Source: Candidatus Undinarchaeota archaeon (GTDB lineage: Archaea; Undinarchaeota; Undinarchaeia; Undinarchaeales; UBA543). From it: a DNA stretch of 36,881 nt. The translations under genes were made by a program, and so were the position numbers. The stretch's first letter is position 1. Every line of letters begins with the position of its first letter. This document shows positions 17,956-27,889 of this stretch, one piece after another. The stretch lies in NCBI GenBank assembly GCA_964567575.1, contig CAZMMZ010000004.1, positions 27,931 to 64,811 on the forward strand, written 5' to 3'. The notes below the pieces were generated by a model. The model was not told the origin of the DNA, made no database searches, and saw only the letters and a program-made list of their open reading frames with translations.

Positions 17956-20900
17956 TGTTGAAACCTCCTGTTATAGTAACTAGTGTATTTTGGTTTCTTT
18001 TTCTCAGCTGGAGCCTGAGTACCAGGTGGTAATTGTGGTTTAACTGCTGCAGGTGCACCGGGTTTTGCAGCTGAAGGGAATCCTGCAGGTCGAGCTGGGG
18101 GTTTATATTGAACCCCTGGACGAATTGTTACCGGTCTTGCAGGAGCTGCTGGTTTCTTACCTGCACCAGGTGCTGCAGGTGCAGGTTTCTTTCCTGGAGT
18201 AACTGTTGGATTGAATTTAAGATCAGATTTCATAGCATGAGCTGGCTCAACAAGAGAACCAAGACCAACAGTGTCAAATGCACTCTTAAGCCATGGAACT
18301 TTGGAAATTGGAAGCCATCCTTCTCTGAAAGCGAAAACAAGGAATCCGAAAATTGCAAAGATACCAACTATAAGAAGAATAATCATAAGTGCGCTTCCAC
18401 CACTACTATTCTTTGATTTCTGACTAGTAGCGCCAAGTGAAGATGATATTTGAAGAAGAGTATCTTCTGCTGAACTTAATGCATTATTAGCACTCATCAT
18501 TGATTGTTCTGATGCCGCAGCATCGCTTCTATCAATTGCTAATTCCGCTTCAGACACATGTCCTTCTGCTTCCCCGATTTTTTGTTCAACAATAGCCATC
18601 AAACTTTGTATTTCATCAGAAGCGCCAGTACCAGCTCCAGCTTTTAGTGAAGCTGTGCTGAGATCACTTTTAGCTCTGCTCAATCGAGTTTTTGTATCTT
18701 TGAGGATTTTATTTTCTTGCGCCTGAACTGAGAAACTAACAGGAACTTTCTTTATTTCAAGAACAGTGCTATCTGCTTTGTTAACAAATTCAAATACAAC
18801 ATTTCCTGAGTAATCACCAACTTGTGAAGGTGCACGGAATGATAAAGAAACACCAGCACCAGATGTAATATCTGTTAAAACATTTTTGTCAGCAGTAATA
18901 TATTGTGCTGCAGCGCCCTCAACTTGAATATTGACTTTGTACGCAGCAGGAACACCACCTTGAAGTGATGGTATAATTGTCTTTGAACCATCCGCTGTTG
19001 GGGTAACAGTTCCAATTGACCAACTTGATGGATCAAGAACTGCAACAGAGGTACCTGTTTGAGTTTGATTCAATTGAACTTTTGTAAGCTCATTATAAAT
19101 TGTGAAATCAACAGAAACACTTTCTGATGACATTCCAACACCAGTTATAGATACATAGCCACTATGATTTCCATCTGATGAACTGCTTGGAATATCTAAT
19201 TTAAGAACAAGATTAATTGTTTCATTAACAGGAACTGAAGTGTTATTGAGTGAGTATGATAAACCATTCTGCGCAAGACTAGAAGGAATAGAAACACTAA
19301 GACCAGTAACAAGATTATCCCCATTGTTTGTGATTGTAATTAATTTATTCTTTTCATCTTCATCCCCAAGGGTTCCAAAATCAACATTTTGTGGAGAAAC
19401 TAATACAGGAGAAGGAGCGCTAACAGAAAATGCTAGAGGAACAATAGTTTGTCGCCAATTTTCAACAGGATCACTCACAGTAACATCAACATCATAAACA
19501 CCTTCTGTAGTAAGTGACAGAGAACCTTCATACCATAAATTATCTTCAACATAAGAAAGAGTTCCAGTAGATCCGCTTGCCCCATCAGGAGCATTTACAG
19601 AATACTCAACAATAGCACCATCTAAACCAACAACAGTAGCACGAATGATTGCAGTCTCCCCAACTAAGTAGGAATTCTTATTTGAAACAACATTAATATC
19701 AACTCCCTTAAGAGTTGGTGAGTAAGAGAATTCTCCAATTGCACCACCAGTATCTCCTGCCGATTGCGCGAGGATTTCAACAACATAATCACAAGATGGA
19801 GAATCACAACCTGGATCTACAAAAGTTGTATGGAATAATTTACGAGACTCTTCAACAGTTTGAGTTAAATTATTACTATCGATCCCAACAAGACCACACC
19901 CATTTTTTCTAAAGAGAGTATATTTAACCCAACCATCATCACCGAGAATATCTTTTGTTGTTTTAACAGTAACCAACCGATTTGAATCTATGGAAACATT
20001 AACGTCAATGCCCCCAACTTTTATGAGCTGATCAACTTGATCTTCACCAGGGAATAATCGAAGTTTGTATTGGCCTTTTGTACCGAACCCTGTAGCACCA
20101 TTTAATGTTAATGTATATTTACTATCAGAGCAATCGCCTCGGAAAAGAAGAACCTCTGAACAAGCTTTAACATCTCCACCAGTTTTTGTTAAAGTGCATG
20201 GGAAATAATCATGTGAAACATTGTAAGCATATACTGGACTTGAAACTGAACTTAAACGAGGAATAACCTGAACCTGTGTATCAAGAAGAGGAATACCAGA
20301 TAAACTTTCTTGTAAAAAGACTGAAAGAATACTTGTATCAAATGTTACACTTGCAAGATCGCCGAAGCCATCATTGTTGATGTCTCCGTAACCAATTCCA
20401 AATGTATCAGCTTTGGCTGAACCAATTCTAAAGGAAGAAGTTCGAGGAAGTCCATCTTCTAAATCTTGAAGAAAAATTTCAAGGTAATTCTCTTTTCCAC
20501 TTGAGATTATAACATCAACTAAACCATCACTATTCACATCACCTGAAGTAACCCCAGCAGGAAAATCATCAGTGTTCATAACTTTTACCCAACCAGCATT
20601 GAATGCAACATTATTTTGCTGACGATAAACAACAGCAACATCATCATCAGCATTTACAACAATAATATCATTATCCCCATCACTCTCAACATCTGCTATT
20701 ATAACATCTCGAGAATTTTTAGTTACTTGAATAATCTCATTTTGAACAAATGTAGGATCATTATCATCATCTACAACATCATAATAATATAATATTAGAA
20801 CACGACCTTGTTTAGTTACAGCAACAATATCCTCATGTCCATCTTGAGCAAAATGTAAATTACCATCTGCAGAAACACGACCAACATCTCCAACAGCTAA

Positions 20901-21596
20901 AGCATAAATTGGATCAAATACATCAACAGCATCAGAAGTTACATCAAAGATTAATTCAAGTGGGCAATTAAACCCATCACCAACAACACTGCAAACTGCA
21001 ATATTTGGTGTAGTAAGAGTTCCAACACCTGGAGTTGCATATGCAATTACAACATCATCAGTTTCTGCACCAAAAAAGTTTCCAGCAGCAATAGCAGTTG
21101 GCACTTTATTACCCTGAGCACAAATAGCATTTGGACGCGTTATTAAAGAGGCTGCACTCCAGGAATCAGAAGCAAGAACAGAAATTTGAAAACAAATTCC
21201 ATTTTGTTCCTTTTCAACTACAACAATATCTTTTCCAGAATCAAAATTATCAAAATCCCCAATAGCAATTCCAAAAGGAGTTCCGCCTTGTGGAGGACCA
21301 TATATTGCTTTAGGAGTTATATCTCCTGCAACAAGTTCATAAATAGAAAGTTGAGACTGACCACGATCCCTTACATCAAATGCAGCAAGATTTGCCCAAG
21401 TTACACTATTTACAATAATTTCTGCAGAACCATCCCCATCAAGATCTTCAACTTCAAGAAGAGAACCTTGAGGAGCAACATCAATAGTATCATCCGGAGC
21501 ACCAGATGTTGCTGAGAATGCACTTACAGCACCGAGAACTAATAGTACAGAAACCATTAGTGTTATAGATAATATTACTTTATTCGGGATTTTCAT
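17952..21596 (-). CDS. Membrane-anchored surface protein: FG-GAP/VCBS propeller, Ig-like domains, helical stalk, TM, Pro/Ala/Lys-rich cytoplasmic tail
   Basis: Signal peptide; repeats DLDGDGSAEIIV, GDFDNFDSGKDIVV, DVESDGDNDIIV, GDVNSDGLVDVII, GDINNDGFGDLA; TM ALMIILLIVGIFAIFGFLVFAF; tail PAPAAPGAGKKPAAPARP. Confidence 0.8.
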   Translation of the reverse strand: MKIPNKVILSITLMVSVLLVLGAVSAFSATSGAPDDTIDVAPQGSLLEVEDLDGDGSAEIIVNSVTWANLAAFDVRDRGQSQLSIYELVAGDITPKAIYGPPQGGTPFGIAIGDFDNFDSGKDIVVVEKEQNGICFQISVLASDSWSAASLITRPNAICAQGNKVPTAIAAGNFFGAETDDVVIAYATPGVGTLTTPNIAVCSVVGDGFNCPLELIFDVTSDAVDVFDPIYALAVGDVGRVSADGNLHFAQDGHEDIVAVTKQGRVLILYYYDVVDDDNDPTFVQNEIIQVTKNSRDVIIADVESDGDNDIIVVNADDDVAVVYRQQNNVAFNAGWVKVMNTDDFPAGVTSGDVNSDGLVDVIISSGKENYLEIFLQDLEDGLPRTSSFRIGSAKADTFGIGYGDINNDGFGDLASVTFDTSILSVFLQESLSGIPLLDTQVQVIPRLSSVSSPVYAYNVSHDYFPCTLTKTGGDVKACSEVLLFRGDCSDSKYTLTLNGATGFGTKGQYKLRLFPGEDQVDQLIKVGGIDVNVSIDSNRLVTVKTTKDILGDDGWVKYTLFRKNGCGLVGIDSNNLTQTVEESRKLFHTTFVDPGCDSPSCDYVVEILAQSAGDTGGAIGEFSYSPTLKGVDINVVSNKNSYLVGETAIIRATVVGLDGAIVEYSVNAPDGASGSTGTLSYVEDNLWYEGSLSLTTEGVYDVDVTVSDPVENWRQTIVPLAFSVSAPSPVLVSPQNVDFGTLGDEDEKNKLITITNNGDNLVTGLSVSIPSSLAQNGLSYSLNNTSVPVNETINLVLKLDIPSSSSDGNHSGYVSITGVGMSSESVSVDFTIYNELTKVQLNQTQTGTSVAVLDPSSWSIGTVTPTADGSKTIIPSLQGGVPAAYKVNIQVEGAAAQYITADKNVLTDITSGAGVSLSFRAPSQVGDYSGNVVFEFVNKADSTVLEIKKVPVSFSVQAQENKILKDTKTRLSRAKSDLSTASLKAGAGTGASDEIQSLMAIVEQKIGEAEGHVSEAELAIDRSDAAASEQSMMSANNALSSAEDTLLQISSSLGATSQKSKNSSGGSALMIILLIVGIFAIFGFLVFAFREGWLPISKVPWLKSAFDTVGLGSLVEPAHAMKSDLKFNPTVTPGKKPAPAAPGAGKKPAAPARPVTIRPGVQYKPPARPAGFPSAAKPGAPAAVKPQLPPGTQAPAEKKKPKYTSYYNRRFQQ

Positions 21597-24457
21597 TTAA
21601 TCAACCCTTTTAATTTATTCAACATTCCAGCGCCTTTGACAGGTTTGTCAGACACCGCTCTGCTTTGGTCGCCACTGATTTTGGAATTAGCAATGAGCGT
21701 ATTTAAAGTTTCCTTAGCGTCAATTTTCGCCTTTTTACCAGTCATTAAAACCGAGCGTTCGGGTGTTGAAAATAATATAACAGCAGTCAAATTCTTAGCA
21801 CAAAGAATACTTGCTGTTTGCATTGCAGTTCCCATATCTTTTACATCTGCAAATAAGATCTTACGGCCATTATGTTCAATAAAACTTTTTTCAATCTTTT
21901 CTAAGAATTGACCAGATTGTTCTGAGTTTTGTCTTTTCAATTCTTTCTTCAAATTTTTCCAATGATCAAAAATATTTCGACATGCTTCAGAGAAAGAATT
22001 AACTTTTTCATCAAGTTTTATTTCAGCTTCAACAACATCATCAATCTCTCTAATCTCTTTCAAAAATCGGTTCAGTGTTACTGGAAGATGCTTTGAATTA
22101 ACTTTGAGAATAGATGCACCAAGAAGAACATCTTCAATTGCTGTTTCAATCATGAAATTAGGGAATGCTTGTTCCAAAATCTTAATACTTTCATCAACAA
22201 GCTCAGATTCTTTTGATTGTTTTTCAGAAAGCAAACTCTTTCCTGCAATAAACACAAGACGTACAACACCATCTTGTATTTTTTCTGTTTTAATTACACG
22301 TATTCCTTCAATTTCAGAAACATTATCAAGATGCGTTCCTGCGCAAGCCTGAACATCCCAACTTGGAATTTCAACAACGCGAATATCTTTCCCTGGAATT
22401 GCTCCACCCTGATAAAGTGTAAATCCGTATTTAGATTCAGCTTCTTTTTTGTTTTTTACATTCTTTGAAATCTTGGTTCCTTTTTTGATTGTTTCATTTG
22501 CAAGTTTTTCAATTTGTTTTTTCTCATCTTCTGTTAAAGCTTTGTAATGAGTAATATCAAGACGTCCTTTATTTGGATCGATTTGAGAACCGGCTTGCCA
22601 GATATGACTTCCAAGAACTTTCCTTGCTGCGCCACCAATAACATGCGCTGCAGTGTGAAGTTTTGACAAAGCCATTCTGCGATTTTTATCAACAACTCCG
22701 TGAACTTTATCGCCTTTCTTTAGACCTGATTTTTCAAGAATATGAACAACTACAGTTCCCCCACCAGCTTTCTGAACATCAATAACATTAAGATCATTTA
22801 ATTTTCCAATATCATGCTCCTGTCCACCACCAGTTGGGAAGAAAACAGTTTTATCAAGAATAATCTTTTTCTTATCAATGACTTTCAAAACAGTAGCATC
22901 AAAACTCAACCCCTTTTGACTATAATATAATATATTGGTTGGTTGAATACCAGAAACATTAAATTCATCTTTCTTTTTCGCGCGTTCAACTTCTGGATGA
23001 AGCTCAGCAACTTTTGAATAAAAGTCTGCAGGAACTTTAATTTCCTTTCCAATATTTTTTGCTTCTTCTTTAAGAATTTCAGGAGAAATTCCATTAGAAT
23101 CATAAAGTGAAACAAGTTCAGCATCTGAAAATCCTTTTTCAAGAAGCCGCGACACTATTTTTATAGACTTTGCCTTTGTGCTTTGATATCGTTTCTCTTC
23201 AATTTCAAAAATCTTTTGCAAATCATCAACTGTTTCAGAAAGTTCAGGATATTGCGGCTTGAGATACTTTGCATGTTCTTTGCAAGTTTCAAACAATGAA
23301 ACATCCCAATCATATGCATCAATAAATCCAAGAGCACGTCTTAGAATCACACGCAAATTGTAAGCTCCCCCTACATTTGATGGAATTGCTCCGTCCGTTA
23401 TTGCAAACAATAATGTTCGAGTATGATCACCAATTGAATAAAGACCACTAAGAGGAAGAATTTCTTCTTTAAGATTTTTAACATCCATACTTAGTTTGTC
23501 TGCGATTTCTTGCCAAGTATCATCAATTGATTTTGCTTCTTCCATATCAAGAAGACCAGAATAAGGAAGGAAACGTTTGAGAACATCTTGATTTGGTTTG
23601 ATTCCAGTTTCTTTGTAAAGTTTTTTCACAACTGTTGGGAAATTGCATTCGTAACTTGTTGCAGTTCCCATTGACATCCATGGACATCGCTCTTGCCCCA
23701 TCCCCATGTCAAGAACTTTCAATTCAAGATCTTTGTAAGTGCCATCAGGATTAACTTGATATTGCATGTAAACTTGATTTCCGATTTCCAATCCGCGCGC
23801 AAAGAATTCCATACAAACACCAAGATTTCCACCACCACCCCATTGATCCTCGTGGAATTTAACTTCATGAAGTGGTAGACCCATACCGGTTTCTAACCAA
23901 GTAATAATATCACTAATGTATTTATTTTTGTCAAACTTTTTTTCTGGTGGCACGAATGCGTGCTGACCAATCATAACAAAAGAAGTGTAATGCCGTCCAG
24001 TAATCCCAACATTGTCAATATCATTAAATCGAACACAGGTCTGAGGAACTACAAGCGGATTTGCAGGAGGTTCAACTAATCCTGAAACCACATGAGGTTG
24101 GAAATCGTAAATTGATGCATTGGTCCAATACGTGTCATCTCGCCATCGTGCTACAATTGGATAACGGCGTATTGGAGTGTAACCTAATTTCTTGAAAAGT
24201 TTTGAAAATTCCTGCCACGTCTTAATGAAATCCATTTTCTTACTGCAAGGACTGTCGCCAATGAAGGTGTATTGCCCTGAGCATTCTGGATCTCCACAAA
24301 GCTCAGATTCGCCTTGAACCCAGAAATATTTACCGCATTTTTTGCATCGCTGTCGCTCAAAACCTTTTTCTTGTAATTTTTCAACTGGATAATATTTCTC
24401 AGGAGCTTTGTCAGTCTTTTGTTTAAGCTCACCCTTAAGTTCCTTAATTGTAGGCAT
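21593..24457 (-). CDS. alaS: Alanyl-tRNA synthetase (archaeal type)
   Basis: RQRCKKCGKYFW, VARWRDD, ASIYDFQP, RFNDIDNVGITGRH, DMGMGQER, DHTRTL; editing HTAAH and QACAGTH motifs. Confidence 0.97.
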   Translation of the reverse strand: MPTIKELKGELKQKTDKAPEKYYPVEKLQEKGFERQRCKKCGKYFWVQGESELCGDPECSGQYTFIGDSPCSKKMDFIKTWQEFSKLFKKLGYTPIRRYPIVARWRDDTYWTNASIYDFQPHVVSGLVEPPANPLVVPQTCVRFNDIDNVGITGRHYTSFVMIGQHAFVPPEKKFDKNKYISDIITWLETGMGLPLHEVKFHEDQWGGGGNLGVCMEFFARGLEIGNQVYMQYQVNPDGTYKDLELKVLDMGMGQERCPWMSMGTATSYECNFPTVVKKLYKETGIKPNQDVLKRFLPYSGLLDMEEAKSIDDTWQEIADKLSMDVKNLKEEILPLSGLYSIGDHTRTLLFAITDGAIPSNVGGAYNLRVILRRALGFIDAYDWDVSLFETCKEHAKYLKPQYPELSETVDDLQKIFEIEEKRYQSTKAKSIKIVSRLLEKGFSDAELVSLYDSNGISPEILKEEAKNIGKEIKVPADFYSKVAELHPEVERAKKKDEFNVSGIQPTNILYYSQKGLSFDATVLKVIDKKKIILDKTVFFPTGGGQEHDIGKLNDLNVIDVQKAGGGTVVVHILEKSGLKKGDKVHGVVDKNRRMALSKLHTAAHVIGGAARKVLGSHIWQAGSQIDPNKGRLDITHYKALTEDEKKQIEKLANETIKKGTKISKNVKNKKEAESKYGFTLYQGGAIPGKDIRVVEIPSWDVQACAGTHLDNVSEIEGIRVIKTEKIQDGVVRLVFIAGKSLLSEKQSKESELVDESIKILEQAFPNFMIETAIEDVLLGASILKVNSKHLPVTLNRFLKEIREIDDVVEAEIKLDEKVNSFSEACRNIFDHWKNLKKELKRQNSEQSGQFLEKIEKSFIEHNGRKILFADVKDMGTAMQTASILCAKNLTAVILFSTPERSVLMTGKKAKIDAKETLNTLIANSKISGDQSRAVSDKPVKGAGMLNKLKGLIK

Positions 24458-24499
24458 AAATCAACTAAGAATCCATACTTAAAAAAGGTTGCTAATTGT

Positions 24500-25432
24500 T
24501 CAGAATAGCTCTTGTCTCCAGAAAATCAAAGTTCCAATTAGAGCAATAAGTATTGAAATACCCATTGTAATCACAAATGCATTTGGAGAGTTCTGGAATG
24601 GCAGATTAATATTCATACCATATATGCTTGAAACAAGTGTTGGAAGCATCAGAATAAGTGTAATAGATGTAAGTGTTTTCATAACTTTGTTCAAGTTGTT
24701 ACTGAGAATTGACTCAAAACCATTACGCATTGTCGCTAAAAGAGTAGTATATGTGTCAGTCATTTCCTGCGCCTGTTTGAATTCAATAAGAACATCCTCA
24801 AGAAGCTCTTTGTCTTCTTCATATTTGTTGAAGATCTTCATCAATGTCAAGCGGTTTATCACATAGTTATTTGTTCGAAGTGCTGTATTGAAATAAACAA
24901 GTGATTTTTCAAGGGACAATAATTTAAGCAAATCTTCGTTTTTAGTTGAATCTTCAAGCTCACCTTGTAATAGGAATGCTTTGCGATTGATTTGTCGAAG
25001 TTGGAATAAGAATTTGCGACCAGTTAAGAGGAATATGTTAAGAACAGTTTGAATTTTTTTATTAGTATTAAATTCCTGATTATTTAATCTGTCAAGAATT
25101 CCAGTATCAAAATAAGAAATTGTAATTAATTGATCTTTCACGCGAATAATTCCAAGAGGCCGAGTTGTATGCAGTGACTCTTCACCCTTTTTCATAATAT
25201 ATGGAACTCTGAGAATCATAAACAACGCACCATTTTCAGTTTCAACACGTGCTTGTTCATCTGGATCTTTTAGAGAAGTAATAAAACCATCAAACTCATC
25301 AAGTTTTCCGGTGAGCTTTTGTAATTTTTCAAGATCTTCATCAGTAGGAGACTCTACGTTAACCCATGTTCCCTTATTGAAATTTTTCTGCTCTACTAAA
25401 AGGCCGTTTAGAGTCTTGAAAATCTTTATCAT
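24500..25432 (-). CDS. corA: CorA-family magnesium transporter
   Basis: WVNVESPT, LSLEKSLVYF, NKVMKTLTSITLILMLPTLVSSIYGMN (GMN motif), two C-terminal TMs. Confidence 0.93.
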   Translation of the reverse strand: MIKIFKTLNGLLVEQKNFNKGTWVNVESPTDEDLEKLQKLTGKLDEFDGFITSLKDPDEQARVETENGALFMILRVPYIMKKGEESLHTTRPLGIIRVKDQLITISYFDTGILDRLNNQEFNTNKKIQTVLNIFLLTGRKFLFQLRQINRKAFLLQGELEDSTKNEDLLKLLSLEKSLVYFNTALRTNNYVINRLTLMKIFNKYEEDKELLEDVLIEFKQAQEMTDTYTTLLATMRNGFESILSNNLNKVMKTLTSITLILMLPTLVSSIYGMNINLPFQNSPNAFVITMGISILIALIGTLIFWRQELF

Positions 25433-25511
25433 AATAGAAACTTCTTAAAATGAAGTCATTTATAAGTTTAATTGAAGGATAAACTATCTATACTATCGTG
25501 TTTTAAAGAAT

Positions 25512-26021
25512 ATGATGGTACTTGTAGAGCTAGCGACACCGATTTTAGCATTCGCCTCCCGGATAGGCCGACCGGAGATAGCTCTTATGCTACTTGTTGC
25601 GGTTCTGATTTTTTTCGCTGAACTGGTTTTTTTCTTTGTTCCTGGGCTTTCATTATCAACTTTGTTTATTGCTATGGCTTGCATCAAATTCGGTTTTGTT
25701 CCTAGTTTAGCAATTGCAATCCCACCAATACTTATAGTTCATTTGTTTTACATGAAGAATCCGTCAATTGCAGTTGGTGATATTGTAACAATGGTGATAA
25801 TGGTTTTATTCGGATCCTACGCTGGGCCTTATATTATTAGTACAGTAGGCTGGGGCTTGTTCGGTTCTTTATTTGGATTTGTAAAATGGGGAACAATGAT
25901 ACTCACTAGTTTCATGTACGGTGGTAATATGGGAAAAAGAGTTCAGAATATATTACTAGAACCGATTTTTAATTTCTTTATATTTTGGAAACTGCGGTTG
26001 TTGTTTGGGTTTTTAATTTGA
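25512..26021 (+). CDS. Multi-pass membrane protein (ECF S-component-like size/topology possible)
   Basis: 169 aa with 5-6 hydrophobic segments; no motif firmly recognised. Confidence 0.55.
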   Translation: MMVLVELATPILAFASRIGRPEIALMLLVAVLIFFAELVFFFVPGLSLSTLFIAMACIKFGFVPSLAIAIPPILIVHLFYMKNPSIAVGDIVTMVIMVLFGSYAGPYIISTVGWGLFGSLFGFVKWGTMILTSFMYGGNMGKRVQNILLEPIFNFFIFWKLRLLFGFLI

Positions 26022-26045
26022 GAAAGGGTTTTTACACCCTCCCTC
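26020..26045 (-). terminator. Hairpin terminator-like structure of the rpl1-rpl10-small ORF transcript
   Basis: Minus strand GAGGGAGGGT-GTAAAA-ACCCTTTCTC forms 10 bp with two G-U pairs (A-C mismatches on the plus strand), 5 nt after the small ORF stop. Confidence 0.55.
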
Positions 26046-26050
26046 TAGAA

Positions 26051-26134
26051 TTATTTTTTGGACTTGCGTTCTTTTAATGCAACCTTTCGCTTTTTCTTAG
26101 CTTTTCGTTTTCGTGCGTTCTCAAGTTTACTCAT
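26051..26134 (-). CDS. 27-aa highly basic peptide, candidate small ribosomal protein (eL41/eS32- or bS22-like)
   Basis: MSKLENARKRKAKKKRKVALKERKSKK (15/27 K+R); the ATG overlaps the rpl10 stop (ATGAGTAA). Confidence 0.55.
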   Translation of the reverse strand: MSKLENARKRKAKKKRKVALKERKSKK

Positions 26135-27215
26135 TTGCTTCAGCTGGTTTTTCCTCAGTAGGTGCTTCTTCTTTTGGCTCTTCAGGTTTTGGTTCTTCTG
26201 CAGGTTTTTCTTCTGCTTTCTTTTCAGGTTTTGGTTCTTCTGCAGGTTTTTCTTCTGCTTTCTTTTCAGGTTTTGGTTCTTCTTTTGGAGCTTCTTCTGT
26301 TTTCTCTTCTGGTTTAGCTTCTTCAGCAGGAGCAGATTCTTCTTTCTTTTCTTCCGCTGGTTTCTCAGCAGGAGCATCCTTTACAAGAGATTTCAAAGCA
26401 CCCATTTCAGCAGTTGCTTTTGCTAGAACATCTCCAGCAGTTGCTTTGCAAAGAATCTTTGCTTCAGTTGCAAGAGCTTTTGCTTCTCTGTGGCTCTTCT
26501 GAACCAAGAAAGTAATGTTCTGAGCAGTTGGCATACCAATACCGATTGTCAATTTGAAGGTTCTCAATGCTGCGTTTGTCATATCCTCAACAAGTTGGTC
26601 AGTTGTAATTCCAAGAACATCAGCAGTATATACCATTCCATTTTCAAAAGCAGCTGCAAGATCAAGACCAATTTCCATTGGCTCGATTCCCATTTTTGCC
26701 ATTAAGTCTGCTTTTTTCTTGTCAATTTTTTCGCCTTCTTTTGCAAGAGTTGAATCTTCACGGATTATGACTTTTCCTTTGTCAATTGCTGCTTTAACAC
26801 CCATTGAACCAAGTTCACCGACAATTGGCCCTGGTGGGAACGGAGTGTCCCCTGCAGGAATAACAATGTCTTTTGGCATGATTGCCCCTGGTTTTGCAGG
26901 TGCTGTGGTTCGTGAGCTTCGGAGCTTGTTTGCAATCTTAAATGGATTTGCCTTAGTCATGATAAGTGCTGGCTCACCATTCAAATGCTCATCAAGACCT
27001 GTAATTCCAGCTTCTTTGAGAGCAACTTTTATCAAACGCTTTCGGGTCATTCGAATTGTTGCATCTGCTCTAAGACTGTGTTTAATTTGAAGGAGCTGTC
27101 TTGAAGGCAAGTCTTGGAAATTCAAAATTCCGACAATTGGATTTTCTTTAATTTCAGCAACAAGACTTTTTACTGTATCTTTTTTCCATTGTGAAACGGA
27201 TCCTTGTGTTTTCAT
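26127..27215 (-). CDS. rpl10: 50S ribosomal protein L10 / acidic P0 (uL10)
   Basis: WKKDTV, LPSRQLLQIK, RMTRKRLI, PAKPG, IPAGDTPFPPGP, MGIEPMEIGL; Glu/Lys/Pro-rich tail; ATGA overlap with rpl1. Confidence 0.96.
   Translation of the reverse strand: MKTQGSVSQWKKDTVKSLVAEIKENPIVGILNFQDLPSRQLLQIKHSLRADATIRMTRKRLIKVALKEAGITGLDEHLNGEPALIMTKANPFKIANKLRSSRTTAPAKPGAIMPKDIVIPAGDTPFPPGPIVGELGSMGVKAAIDKGKVIIREDSTLAKEGEKIDKKKADLMAKMGIEPMEIGLDLAAAFENGMVYTADVLGITTDQLVEDMTNAALRTFKLTIGIGMPTAQNITFLVQKSHREAKALATEAKILCKATAGDVLAKATAEMGALKSLVKDAPAEKPAEEKKEESAPAEEAKPEEKTEEAPKEEPKPEKKAEEKPAEEPKPEKKAEEKPAEEPKPEEPKEEAPTEEKPAEANE
26181..26283. repeat. 42-bp coding tandem repeat (2 full units + 19 nt) in the rpl10 tail
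   Basis: Unit TTCAGGTTTTGGTTCTTCTGCAGGTTTTTCTTCTGCTTTCTT at 26181 and 26223, partial at 26265; encodes a 14-aa EEPKPEKKAEEKPA repeat. Confidence 0.9.
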
Positions 27216-27889
27216 TGCTCTTCACCCCCATCATCAGCTTTAACTGGTGCGCCGATTTTAATGCTTTTACCCATTGTTGTTTTCACACAAACTGATCTGA
27301 TATTTTCTTCGTGTTTTGGAGTTTTTGAGTAAATCATTGAAAGAATAGCATCGATATTAGCAACTAATTGTTCATCGCTCATTTCTTCAGTACCGACTCG
27401 GCAATGAATAAGTGGCTGATTTACAATTCTGATTCTAACAAGTTTTTCCAAACGCTTGACAATAGCGTCAAGTGGTACATTTGGAGGAACTGGTTGAGGC
27501 ATCTTGTTTCTTGGGCCTAAAACAGCACCAAGAATTTTACCAATATCTACCATAAAATCAGTTTGCGCAACAAAGAAATCATATCCATTTGCAATTGTTC
27601 GTGTTTCTTTTTTGTTTGTTGCTAATTTAGAAAGTTCTGTTTTATCCAGAATTTTCTCAATTCCTGCTTTCTTTGCATTCTCTGCAGTTGCTCCGTCTGC
27701 GAAAGCTGCGATTTTAATTGGTTTACCGCGGCCGTGTGGGAGCACAACTTCTGCTTTGAATTTGTGTGCAGGGTTTTTCAAATCTAAATCTTTGAAGTTT
27801 ACAACTATATCAAGAGTCTGCTTGAACTTTCGTTCTTTAGAACCCTTTCTAACTAGTTTGATAGCTTCTTGTATGTCTTTTTGTTCCAT
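27212..27889 (-). CDS. rpl1: 50S ribosomal protein L1 (uL1)
   Basis: RKFKQTLDIVVNFKDLD, LPHGRGK, LGPRNKMP, HCRVGTEEM, VKTTMGK; SD GGAGG upstream. Confidence 0.97.
   Translation of the reverse strand: MEQKDIQEAIKLVRKGSKERKFKQTLDIVVNFKDLDLKNPAHKFKAEVVLPHGRGKPIKIAAFADGATAENAKKAGIEKILDKTELSKLATNKKETRTIANGYDFFVAQTDFMVDIGKILGAVLGPRNKMPQPVPPNVPLDAIVKRLEKLVRIRIVNQPLIHCRVGTEEMSDEQLVANIDAILSMIYSKTPKHEENIRSVCVKTTMGKSIKIGAPVKADDGGEEQ

Noticed and set aside
26058-26502. Long antisense/alternate ORFs over the rpl10 tail (26058..26426, 26113..26502, and most of 26051..26377)
   Set aside because: Shadow frames produced by the low-complexity tandem repeat; only the last 27 codons of 26051..26377 are retained as a candidate gene.
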